Source: Mytilus trossulus (Eukaryota). From it: a stretch of DNA of 64,000 nucleotides. The stretch is taken from positions 56,978,001 to 57,042,000 of the forward strand of contig NC_086375.1 in the NCBI RefSeq assembly GCF_036588685.1. Reading direction: 5' to 3'. Positions within the stretch are counted from its first letter, which is position 1, and every line of letters begins with the position of its first letter. The notes under the pieces are model-generated. The model ran no database searches and was not told where the DNA came from. It saw nothing but the letters and a program-made list of their open reading frames with translations. The position numbers and the translations under genes are program-made. Positions 38,540-51,234 of this stretch are shown one piece after another.

Positions 38540-40400
38540 GGCTTTAAAGCTTTATATTTTACAAAGTGGAAGACCTAGATCCTGCATACTTAGGATATGG
38601 TTGCCTCATGTTAAGAAGTTTCCATCAGTCACATGTCCAATGTCCTTGACCTCATTTTCATGGTTTAGTGACTACTTGAAAAAAAGTAAAGATGTTTTGT
38701 AATGTTAAATTCTCTCTTATATTTGGTATGTGCGTACCCTGCATTTCATGGATTAGTGAACAATGTTAAGTTTTTGTGTTCAAGTCCATATCTCAGATAC
38801 TGTAAGCAATAGGTCTAGTTTATTCAGTGCATGGAAGGACTGTAAGATGTACATGTCCAACTGGCATGTGTCATCTCACCTTGACCTCATTTTCATGGTT
38901 CAGTGGTTATAGTTAAGTTTTGTGTTTTGGTCTTTTTCTTATACTGTATGCAATAGGTCTACTATATTTTAAGTAAGGAATTATTTTAAGGTATACATAT
39001 CTAGCTGGCAGTTGACATCTTACCTTGACCTCATTTTCATGGTTCAGTGATTAAAGTTTCTTCTTTTTTCTAATACTTATGCAATGGGTCAACTATATTT
39101 GGTGTATGGAAATATTTAAGATCTATATAGCAGTCGTGCAGGTTTTATTATACCCCCGTTTTAAAAAAGGGGGGTATACTGTTTGACCTCTGTCTGTCCT
39201 TCCGTCAGTCCGTCCGTCCCATGAATATTTTTCGTCGCATTTTTCTCAAAAACTACAATACAAGGATTTCTGAAATTTGGTTTCAGGGTTTATCTAAGTC
39301 AGCTATACCGTGTGATGTGTTTTCAGATTCATCACTCGACATCTTCCTGTTAACCGAACACTTGCATATTTTGACACTATTTATATTATCCACTTGCGGC
39401 GGGGGTATCATCAGTGAGCAGTAGCTCAGTCGCAGTTTCACTTGTTAGACCTTGACCTCATTTACAAGATTCATTGCTCAGTGTTAATTTTTTGTAATTT
39501 TCTTAAACTTTAAGCAATAGGTCAATTATATTTGTTGCATGGAATGATTGTTAACTGTACATGCCTGCCTAGCATGGTTCATCTGACCTTGATCTCATTT
39601 TCATGGTTCATTAGTTTTTGTGTAGCCTGCAACTTTTGACGCAGAAAGCCTGACATAGGGATAGTGATCTGGCGGCGGCATTAGCTAACTTACTCAAAAG
39701 CTTTATATTTTAGAAGGTGGAAGATCTGGATGCTTCATACTTTGTATATAGATGCCTAATGTTAGGAAGTTTCCGTCAGTACCATGTCCAATGTCATTGA
39801 CCTCATTTTCAAGGTTCAGTGACAACTTGAAAAAAAGTTAAGATTTTTTGTAATGTAAATTCTCGCTGATTATAAGTAATAGGATACCTATAGTTGGTAT
39901 GTGCGTACTTTGCAAGGTCCCCATGCCCGTCGGACAGTTTTCACTTGAACTCGACATCATTTCAAGGATCAGTGAACAAGGTTAAGTTTTAGTGGTCAAG
40001 TCCATATCTCAGATACTATCAGAAATAGGTCTAGTATATTCGGTGTATGGAAGGAGTGTAAGGTATGCATGTCCAACTAGCAGTTGTCATCTGACTTTGG
40101 CCTCGTTTTCATGGTTCAGTGGTCAAAGCTAAGTCTTTGAGTGTTTTTTTCTATTACTATATGCAATAGGTCATCTACATTAGGTGTATGGAAATATTTT
40201 ATGACCTATATGTCAGTTGCATTGGTTTTATTTGACCTTGAACTCATTTTGACGGTTTATTGCTCAGTGTTAAGTTTTTATGTTTGGGTTTGGGTTTTTT
40301 AAAAACTACATGCCTAGCATTGTTCATCTGACATTGATCTCATTTTCATGGTACATTAATCAATGGTTTTTTTTCTTGGTTAATGTTAAGTTAATAGTTA
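38540..40400. repeat. Helentron/DINE-like composite repeats with tandem ccttgacctcattttcatggttca cores
   Basis: Many copies of gaccttgacctcattttcatggtt; two related blocks starting ~38545 and ~39695. Confidence 0.65.
39148..39445 (+). mobile_element. DINE-1/Helentron-like non-autonomous element
   Basis: tatacccc...ggggtata hairpin, (GTCY)n microsatellite, 3' gggggtat followed by a gtgagc..gctca stem-loop. Confidence 0.65.
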
Positions 40401-40419
40401 CTTATAGTTGATTTCCTGT

Positions 40420-42870
40420 ACAGGTTCCTCTTCACCAGACTCATAATTTAGTGTATTTCTATTACTGTTTTGTCCGTGATTTCCGAATATTTCTGCCCTG
40501 TAGTCATTTTAATATACCGGTATCTCTTCGTCAAACCAAAATATGTCTTATCGAGTTTTAAAGGCATTTATGGATGGTGATATTGTTATTTTATATGGTA
40601 GTTTGTTCCAGGTTTTAGCAATTCTAACAGAGAAATAGTGTTTACGAATATTGGATCGGAATCTTTGATGAATGACTTTATTACTGTTGGTCCTGCTACT
40701 ATATCTTTGTTGAGAATCGTCTGCCTGTCTTAAAATTGAGCTTTCTTCTTTGTTGTAGTATCCTACATTGTTTTGAATCATATCCTCTCTTATTCTCCTA
40801 TTAGGTAATGTTGGTATGCCTAGTTTTTTAAGTCTCTCTGGATAGCTGATGTTGTCTTTGAGACCTGATAATTGTTTTGTTACCCTTTTTTGGACACCTT
40901 CTATTTTGTCGATTTCTTATTTCTTATGGGTACCAGACTGAGCTGGCATAGTCAAGGTGGGTTATAATCATTGTATAATGGCATGGATGTCTCGATTCAA
41001 AGTATTTGAATGTTCTTCTATAAGAACTGCAAATACGGAGTTGGCCTCTTTCACTTTTTCACTTATGTGTTCAAAGGTGAGCTCTGAGTCGATAAGGACT
41101 CCTATATCTGTTCCCTCTTTAACCTGTACTTTTAAAGGATTTAGAAGACTATAGTTTGATGGATAGTCAGTGTTATTAAATTTCTTACATATATTTTTCC
41201 GGGTGAAATATGAGTAGCCATTTGTCACTCCATGATCCCATCTTGTTTAGATCTTCTTGTAGAATTTGTCTGTCATTCAGGGTTTTATAATTCTAAAGAT
41301 CTAGGTATCATCTACAAATAGGTATGCATCAGAATCCACGTGGTCTGGAAGTTCGTTTATATATAGAACAAATAGTAGTGGTCCTAGTACTGATCCTTGG
41401 GGTATCACAGATGTAACGCTAGCCCAGTCTGATTCTTCACCATTCACTATGATCTTTTGGTCCTATCTTCTAAGAAGCTTGTTACTCACCCTACTATATC
41501 TTCGTTGACACCTAGATTCTTGATTTTGACTATTAATCTTTTATGTGGCACCTTATTATAGGCCCTTATAAAGTCGGTATATATGCAGTCTATGTCTAAT
41601 CCTTGATCTAGTGCCTCTATCCACTTATCGATCACTTCTACTAGTTGAAGATCAGTTAAACTTCCTGCAATAAAACCGTATTGCGATTTAGAGAAAAGGT
41701 TGTTCTTTTTCATACGCTCTATGATAAATTCACTTTATTTTGCATACTCCTGATGTCAAACTGACTGGCCTATAGTTTTTGGCTAGTGACTTATTCCTCT
41801 TTTTAAATATTGCACTTATCAAAGCATTTTCCCAATCAGTAGTTACTGTCTTACTGTCAAGTGATTAATTATATATATTACATATTACGGTTTTGCCAAT
41901 AATTCAGTAATCTCTTTAAGCAGCCTGGAGTGTAGTTTGTCCATACCTGGATATTTATCTATTTTAATGCATTTTTAAAAAGTGTTTCAGCACTATTTCC
42001 TCCTATAATTTCTGATTTGACATTACATAAGTTACTTATACCGGCGTTGGTGATGGCACTTCTCCATCAGGTTCCTTGGTGAATACAACGGAAAAGTATT
42101 CTACTAGTAATTTGGCCTTTTTGCTGTTATTTTCTGTTTTATCTGATTTTGTGTCTTCTGGATCCTGATGTAACTCCCTAATTCCTTCTTTGGTTTTAGT
42201 TTTTGACTTGATATAATTCCAGATAGCTTTTGGGTTTCCTTTAGCTTTTTCAGATAGATTTTTCTAATATTCCCTCTTCAACTTATTTACTCTATTTTTT
42301 ACTTGATTCCTTATCTTATTGTATTCCTTCTTCACCATCGGGTCGTTTTTCCCTTTTAATTTTATCTATGGTGTTTTTATCCATTGGAAAGTTGTTTTCC
42401 TTCGTTTGTTGGTATATACTTTTTGTTCATATCTTGAATTATACTTAAAACTGATCTCCAGTTTTCGTTTATATTATTTTCTTTATGTAGTAATTTTTAT
42501 TTTATCTAATTCTTCTTTTATTTTTATGTATTCCTCTACTGAATAATTTAATTAATTTTGGTTTACTTTTAATATTTCTGTAGCAACTTAATTCAAATTT
42601 CATAGTGCAGTGATAACTTTTCCCCAGTGGACTTCGATATTCTAAATTTGATCTAAATTTGTTAAAATCAGATCTAGGGTATTGGAGGTATTGGTACCTC
42701 TCCATCTGGTTGGTCTTGTAACATGTTGAAATAAGAAGTTTTCTCGTAAATTCTATAAAAAATTGTATTCCTAACTTTCTGTACTTTTACCTGGTGAATT
42801 CCAACTGTCCCAGTTTATTTCTGGAAAATTATAATCTCCCATTATTATAATATGTGAGTAGCCTTTACTA
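40420..42870 (-). mobile_element. Degraded, 5'-truncated CR1-like LINE (end of endonuclease plus RT)
   Basis: Frameshifted fragments MGDYNFPEINW, SQYGF, IYTDFIRAYNKVPHKRL, PQGSVLGPLLFVLYINELPD, YLFVDD, RKHYFSVRIAKTWNKLP. Confidence 0.85.
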
Positions 42871-42884
42871 CACTCTTTATGTGA

Positions 42885-43470
42885 CATTTCAGCTTTCCAA
42901 TTGTGAACTTTCCATTTCTAAGTAGCAACATTCCAGCAGCACCTGCATCGGGGTATATATCTCCAAATTGATACGATATTCCCGTTCTTGCATTTCCTAT
43001 CATGATTTTCATGATTAGAGGGTTACTGCTCACAAGGAAGCTATTTAAAACACAAGAGTTCCAAATGGTGCAGTTGAAATCATCCCTTCGTAAATTTTAC
43101 GGACGCCATCACGAGTTAGTTGACCGTTATGGAATAACCGTTTCACAAATGATATCGGATATGTTCCTTACGTCGTAACTACAATCCCCCTCCCTTTCAT
43201 GAATGTGACCTACTGAATTATTATAGACTATTTACCGGATTTGTAATCACATAAGCAACACGACGGGTGCCATATGTGGAGCAGGATCTGCTTACCCTTC
43301 CGGAGCACCTGAGATCACCCCTAGTTTTTGGTGGGGTTCGTGTCGTTTCTATGTTGTGTCATGTGTACTATTGTTTTTCTGTTTGACTTTTTTCGTTTTT
43401 AGCCATGGCGTTGTCAGTTTGTTTTAGATTTATGAGTTTGACTGTCCCTTTGGTATCTTTCGTCCCTCTT
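42885..43470 (+). mobile_element. 3' fragment of a Penelope-like retroelement, plus a dispersed tail repeat
   Basis: Translates as FSFPIVNFPFLSSNIPAAPA, then (frameshifted) YIS.LIRYSRSC and LKSSLRKFYGRHHELV. Related tail sequence at ~54590-54745. Confidence 0.6.
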
Positions 43471-46400
43471 TTGTAATAAAGCTTTATATTTAGGACCATC
43501 AACATAATAGTAAAGAAGGTGAGACATTCCACCGTCTGCACTCTTGTCTTGGTTAATGTTAATAGTTTATGTGATAGTTTTAATAAAGCTTTATATTTAG
43601 AGCTATCAACCTTATATCGATGATTAGTAAAGAAAACGAGAAATTTTAGTATGTGCACTCTTGTGTTTGCGTTTATGATGTTTTTCGTGATTCAAATGTT
43701 TATCATTTCTCATTCAAAAAATGTCAAATTGTTTTACTGGTAATTGTATAATCCGAAATACATTTTTCGTTAACTGGAGGTAGCACAATACAAAGAGTTC
43801 AGCTTCTAGTATGAATTCCACGATATTTTTGAGCCGTTTTACTTGTTCAATCTATTGTTTCTATTAAAGTACTTGTAATCATCATTTGTAATAAACCATA
43901 TGAAAATAATAACATTTACTATTTTTGGACTGTCAAAAGCTCTAATACACAATCTTATCATACATAAGGTCTCTCATTTGATTAAACAGTTCTTGGGAAA
44001 ATCTGGATGCAGAACTTTTATAAGGGTTTCTTCTGCAATGGAAAACAATATGCTATACCTACCGAAACTGTGATAAAAATAAACACCATCTATATATATA
44101 CGTTTTATATGCATTTCGGCAATGATATGTTTCGACAATTGATATTCCTATGGGCAGAGGCAAAATAATTGATTTTGTCTTCCATAAATGTTAATTTCTC
44201 CTGTTTGGACGGGGATTTTCCTTTTGTCCCTTATTAATGTGCGCATATTTCATATCGTGTTTGCTATGCCAGCGATTTAGTGTTTGATTAACATTATTTA
44301 TGTAAAAGTGATAAATTATTAAGACAGGATTTCCGTACCACACAATTTCAGGATTGCTCACCTATGTGTTAATCCCCCACATTTTTATGCGCCTGTTCCA
44401 AGTTAAGTGCTTGCCGTTCGGTCATGTCTTTTAAACATTTGTTCGTATACTGGTGTGTTTAACTTGGGCTGTTTTATTTTTCGTTTGAATCGTATATTTT
44501 ATTCCTATCGAGTTCTTTTATAGCTGAATGTACGGCATGTTCAACTTGATGTCCGTACGGTTGACTTTAATTTCTTATATCAGCTTCATTGGAACTATAA
44601 TGGATCGCTCTATCATTGGCAATCATACCACACATCCTTAATTTTATACAAAGGTTTACAGAATGCATTTGACTCTGTACTTTGCTAATCACCTATCTGG
44701 CTGCACAATAAACCTTTTCTACTTGGACCACCTTCTCTATATGACCAGATAAGCTATTGCTATTACTATCACCCGTCGTTATCGTCTGTCCATCGGCGTA
44801 ATATAAACACTCTTTGAAATTACATGGTCTCAAATAACCAAATCTTTACCTAAATGTGACTTGTATTTATTTATTTGATCTGTAACAAACATGGCCGCTG
44901 ATACAAAAAGAAAACATACTGGCATTTGTTTTTGTTGATTTTGGAATATATAAAAAAGAACTAAATCAGAAAAACTGACAGAGGTTAACACTTATACGCA
45001 GGGTTTCTTCTTAATTCTTTTAACTTAATTTTCTTCATTAGTACCGAATGATATCCGTCAGTACTTTGGCACTTCACATCAAAATACTTGTAAACCTTTC
45101 ATTTATAAATGTCATTTCTATTCAATATGATTTTCTTGATCAAAAATAGCAGAAAAAACTACATACATTCCTGTAAGAACATTAACTTTAAATGTTTACT
45201 GGAATGAAGTTATCTCTCTGATACCTTACATCAATATTTGAAAAGCACGTGTCGTTGATTTAAAATTATTTTACCATAGTAAGTATCGAATATTGACCAT
45301 TAAAATTTCAACATTAGAGATATATTTACAATATATTGACAATTAACTTAATTGCACAAATAAATCGTATTCAGATTCATCAATGGAGCCATTATTTTAA
45401 TGTACTGATTTCAAATTTTAAATACTGCATTAGAATAGTTACTCATAAAAATAACCTTTATGAAACAAGCATCCACCATGAGTGATCATATCTTTTATAT
45501 AACAAGTTTAGTAGAGCCAAGTGGGGCAAGTAGAGTGAAAATGAGTGATTTATTTTGTGAAAGGTTAACTAAAAGAATTTACCTCTCCAAATGTTTCATT
45601 GTGAGATTGAATCCTTGTGATACAAGAATACGCTTTAGAATCATTTTGTCCCTAGAGGGTATTAACTTCAATTTAGTATGCACATTGTTTTTGTTATAGC
45701 TCCATTGTACATTGACATTTTATAGCAGAGAAACATTAATTTTGGTTATTTTATTCCAATTTTGACTTTGATGATCAATATAAATGAGCCCACACAAATA
45801 ATAATAAACATTTTTTTTACTATTTTTATACATGTTTTCCAAAAGTTTTCTAAGCTTTCTAATACCTTATAAATCAAGTACTATAGTTTTCCAACCAAGC
45901 AATCGTAATTATAATGAAATCACACTATTTATAATGAAATTAGACTATTTATATTTTTTTTGATACTCCTATTTAGACACTATATATTTGTTAAACCAAG
46001 CCCATTCATTGTTCGTTAAGGAAGTTGAAGTTGTGATTAACACCTCACATAATAATTATGTGTCAATTATGTACCCAATTTGTTCGTTATATTTTCAATA
46101 TTTGTTCTTGTCTGGTCTTGTTATATTTTTTTTTATTAGACTCACAATTATATAGTCCTATCTTAAGTGCTTTCGCTTTTTTTTTTACAGGAAAGGACAC
46201 TTGTACATGTATATGCTATTTAACAATAAACATTTTACACAGGTCCTAGACCTAGTCTAAAAGATTTATAGAAAAAAATGGCAAAGAAGATTGCGTGAGG
46301 ATGCAATGTTTACAAAAAATTCTTTAATATCACAATGGATAATGGAATTATAAGTAATAAAAAATCATAATAATTATTTTTAAGAAAAGTAATCAACTGT

Positions 46401-48365
46401 AATCGATTACATTTGAAGTTAGAAGTAATTGTAATGCAATCGATTACAATAAGTAATCGAAGTAATTTTAATCTAATCGATTACATTTTAGAGTAATCGA
46501 CCCAATACCAGCCTTCCAAATGAGACGGAGTAAAACATCGATGTTAAGTGATGATCACTGTAACCATGCCAGTACTTTCATCAGTGTTCGGAGACCGAGA
46601 CGATATTATTTCTGGAAGAAGAACAACCAAAAAAAAAATGTTGTTATCAAATAGTTCGTTTCTATCGTTTCTATATATGTTGGCGTTTGTTTTTGTTGCA
46701 CTTCAGTGTTCATTTTGTTCCTGTGTTTTCCTCTTATAATTTCCCTCGGTTTAAGTTTTTAACCCGGATTTGTTTTTTCTCAATCGATTTATGAATTTTG
46801 AACACCAGTACACTACTGTGTTGCCTGTATTTACTTAACTCTGTTCTAAGTATACATGGTGAAGTAAAATGAAAAGAAATAAACTAGAGATATATGAATA
46901 AAATAAACAAATATTATACAATTATTAACCGTTTCAAAACTTTTAAATTTAATACTCTAGCGATACAAATTCCCAATTGACTTTATGTTTGTCCAGTTTG
47001 TTCATTAGTGAAATCAGTCTAATGTTAATATCGTTGGATTGATTTACTCTCAAAGCTGATAAAAATTCATGAAATATTGGAAGTAACTATTCCCTTGGGT
47101 CGAAATTTAGCTAAGTGTTAAGTAAAATCACAATAATACTGAACTATGAGGAACATTCAAAACATAGATTACCTAATCAAATTGTAAAATGTAAAGCTCA
47201 AACACATCAAAAGATTGGATAACGATTGTAGGGGATTTTGATAATTAATGAAGGAACATAAACATAAAAAATCAAATTCAGATAAACAGTTAAATACCTA
47301 GTAAATATTATTCTTAGGTCAGAAAAGAGGGGCTCTACCAAAGTCACGTCATTTAAGATAACACTTTTGGAATTGCTTTGATTTACTCAAAGGATAATTG
47401 CATAACAAATATACACTTATTCTGAAACCAGTTTTTTATAATAATACGGGTTATGTTCTTTTAGTATAATGTATGATAGGATGATAGTGAATTCCTTACA
47501 AAAGGGATTGTTGTTGATTTTAATATGAAAAAGACAAAAGCTTTCAATCATTATAACTAAAGTATGAAGCTTGCATGTCAGTAACTGCTTGTATACTTTT
47601 GTTAATTTAGGTTTTCATTAATTTTGCTTAATTTCTTCTTCTTCTTTTAACTCTTATAGCATGAGATTCTGAGAGAACATGTTAAACCCTCGCCTCACCC
47701 AAGTAGGGAACATCCAGCTTTCATTCAACATTTGTTTTAAAAAAAATCTATGTTTCTGAGTTAAGTGTGTCGCCAATTTCGTTGATCTAGTATACATTAG
47801 TGATTAGGGGCCAGCTGAAACATGCCTTCAGATGCATTGAAAATCCATTGGTAGCTTTTTGCTTTTTTCCCCAAAAACTTTGGTCAGGTTGTTGTCTCTT
47901 TGACACATTCTCCGTTTCTATAATCCAGTTAACTAAATTGAATATTCAGCAACCCATCCATCTACCCCCCCCCCCCCACAAAAAAAACCCAAACAAACCC
48001 AAAACTTTGCCCAAACAAACCCAAAAACTTTGCGGGTAAAGCAAATGTAACACAGCACCTACTAACAGTAAACATTTGTTTAGTTTACACTTATATGAGA
48101 CTAAGAATTCGATCGAGAAAGCGTTCTGGGAGATTTTTAGTTTATACTGTGGAACAGTTACTGATGACGTCGTTGTGAAATTCTATCTTAATAATTATTC
48201 TATTCCCTCGTAAAACTTGTCTAGCACTTGCAATGTCTCAGGACAATAACCTCAACAGTAAGGATAGTAAGTAACAACTCATGGTTAAAACGTCTGTCAC
48301 CCCTAAAGAGAGGACAATGTATTAAATATTTGTTTTTATAATCAATGATCTTAGGCATTTAATTA

Positions 48366-49043
48366 AGGGGCACTAGCTGTCAAATTCATGGTCACCGATT
48401 TTACTCAAATTTTCATATTTTATTTATAACAATGTAAAACGTTTATCCAAACTATAAAAAGTCTAAAATAAACAGTCTACAGAGCATAGGGTCAATAATA
48501 TGTAGTTTTGTTTTGTGTGTATTTTAGTCTAGACTCCGTCTAGTTAGATATCGAGTTAAAGCGATGTAAACATAAATATACTAATGATTAGATATAAATA
48601 GATTAAGCCACACGTGCATTTGAATTTGTATAGATCTGTTTAATTTTATTTTATAGATTAAAATATATATGTTTCTCGTCGTTTTTAAATGTAGAAGAAA
48701 GATTTTTAGTGGATCGAATCAGTCATCAAATGATTTACCTTTGTTTCACTTTCAATGTTGACATTCCTTTCCTTTAAATAAACAGTACATGTACAACGCA
48801 TGCGTTGGTCCATCTCTTTTAAAGGGGTTAAATTAAAGTTCACATGAATACGGAATTAATGAGGTCGACTCATTCACTTGCTAGTGAAACAGTCATTATC
48901 AATATTATTTAGCTTAATTTGACAAAATTAAACCATTTTGGCTGCTAAAAGCGAATTATTAGTTCACTATTTCACTTTTAATATTGATTGAACAAAAACA
49001 AATCATAATTTAATTTTTTATGCATCTCGTAGCTAGTGCCCCT
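48366..49043. mobile_element. Kolobok-like non-autonomous DNA transposon
   Basis: TIRs aggggcactagct / agctagtgcccct in a TTAA context. Confidence 0.7.
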
Positions 49044-49159
49044 TTAAGTAAACTATTTCATGAAATTTTTTATAGAGTTAATATTTATTTCACTTAAATA
49101 TTCATTACTGTACAGAGAACCGAACTAAAAAAACAACAAATAATTCGTAATTTGTAACA

Positions 49160-49322
49160 TTATGAGATTCAACACATTTTCAAAGGAATTTATTGGTGTA
49201 TAAACTCGACCAATTCACTTACAACAAATAAAAGTCCAAAGGACTATTATGAAACGTTTGTGGGTGACTTGGTCCAGTTTATACACCAATAAATTCCTTT
49301 AAAAAGGCGTTTAATCATAATA
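49160..49322. repeat. Fold-back palindrome
   Basis: aaaggaatttattggtgtataaa / tttatacaccaataaattccttt arms. Confidence 0.7.
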
Positions 49323-49984
49323 AGTCTTTAAAATTGGAGATACGGAATATATCTTCAACACGCGAGACATCTATGATCCTCTATCACACGTAAATTATAT
49401 ATTTGTCCATAGACCTGGCGCACCAGTGCATTTGTTGGTTTACACAAAAGTATGTACTCCGTTAAATTGGATATCTGATAAAAAAAAAATAAAAAAAAAA
49501 AATCTTTTTATCATTCAAACAAATGTTTTGTGTTTATTATTTAATTTCATGTTAAATGTGAATTAAAACAAAATTGTTAACGTCGATCCGGATTGTTTTT
49601 TTAACGCAGCTTTCTTGTTGTCATTGGTTAGGAAAAGACGTTTGGTCAACGTCGTCTTTAAAAAAAAAACGACGTCAAAAGCAACATCTGGTAGTTCTCT
49701 CGACCAATTAAATCAGTTATATATAATATCAATAAGTGTTCCCTAATATTCATATCAAATAAGAATTATTTTATGATTTATCAAGGTGACAATATTTTAC
49801 TGATGTTCAAGTCTCACAAATCGACTAAGAAGAAAAATATGAGAGTACAAAAAACAAATTGAGGGTATAGAATGAACTCTTAATGTAAAATCACAAAAAT
49901 ACCGAACGCCGACGAAAATCCAAAACGGAAAGTCCCTTATTATCAAAAGGCATAATCAAAAGTTCAAAATTCAAACAAATGGAT

Positions 49985-50372
49985 AATAGTTATCAAAGGT
50001 ACCAGGATTATAATTTAGTACGCCAGACGTTTGTTTCGTCTTCATAAGACTCATCAGTGACGCTCATATCAAAATATTTATAAAGCCAAACTAGTAAAAA
50101 GTTGCAGAGCATTGAGGATCCAAATTTCCAAAAAATTGTGCCAAATACGGCTAAGTGATCTATGCCTGGGATAAAAAAAAATCCTTAGTTTTTCGAAAAA
50201 TTCATAGTTTTGTAAACAGGAAATTTATAAAAATGACCACATTATTGATATTCATGTCAACACCGAAGTGTAGACTACTGGGCTGGTGATACCCTCGGGG
50301 GCGAAACGTCCACCAGCAGTGGCATCAACCCAGTGGTGTAAATAGTTATCAAAGGTACCAGGATTATAATTT
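49985..50372 (-). mobile_element. Retrozyme-like/Penelope-associated repeat: 356-bp unit with 32-bp terminal redundancy
   Basis: aatagttatcaaaggtaccaggattataattt at 49985-50016 and 50341-50372; contains a hammerhead motif. Confidence 0.7.
50021..50065 (-). ncRNA. Minimal type I hammerhead ribozyme
   Basis: Minus strand reads CGTCA-CTGATGA-GTCTT-atg-AAGAC-GAAA-C-aaac-GTC-TGGCG: conserved core, stems I and II, minimal stem III, GUC cleavage triplet. Confidence 0.7.
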
Positions 50373-51234
50373 TGTATACAGCGATCATGTATGTTCCTGA
50401 TTTGGTACTTGAAAGGAGCAAAGCTTGTTGCGTATAAATGGGACTTCCCAACGAAGGGAGGCCGGGTTGGTATGTATGACATTAATCCAATATCTAATCA
50501 ATATATTGACAATAGGGGAATGCAACATTGTAAGTAACTTATTGCAGCCAGATAAAAATGGAAAGCTCATCAAAACTTGTCTCAAAAACTAAAAACAAAT
50601 GCACTGAGAAGAGTATTTAAAGAAATTCTGTAACGAAGTGATTGTTAAAATAAAAAGTATCTGCAGAACTTTAATACTTACTGTAGAACCCTATCTCCTT
50701 ATACTTGTTTTATTTACATAAAAATGCTCTTTTATCTTTGAATGTCTAATATCTTACAAGTGAACTTATCTTGTTTGAACTCACAAGACAACGATGAACA
50801 TGTTTGAAATTGTCCATAGAATATCTACCTCGCCAAAAAAAAACCTAAAAAACAATTTGAAACAGCTGAAATGAAACTGACTTATAATTACGACATTTCA
50901 ATTGGTAACAATATAATTTGTTTTGCTATTGTCATAACCTATCGTTTATTATTTCAAGACTATCATGGATCAATGGAATATAGATTAAAATGAAAAAAAT
51001 AAAGTTCAGAAACTATATTGAAATTTTAATGTTAGCAACGAAGATTAAATCTTGATAGTTTACATCAATAATTAAATGGCTACTTTGATTATTGACAATC
51101 AAGATTATTCTATTTGATTACGACGGATGACCATTTATATATATATATATAAAAATATTCGGAATAGACAATGCGTTAGTCTTTAGCCAGAAACCTAACA
51201 TACATTACGATCTTTGGAATTTTTGAATTTTTGA

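Noticed and set aside
44040-44340. Further Penelope-like RT remnant
   Set aside because: Only faint motif traces (GIPMG-like, NFP.LDGD-like); too degraded to support.
46385-46502. gtaatcgattac palindromic repeat cluster
   Set aside because: Looks like one end of a common non-autonomous element; the partner end was not found.
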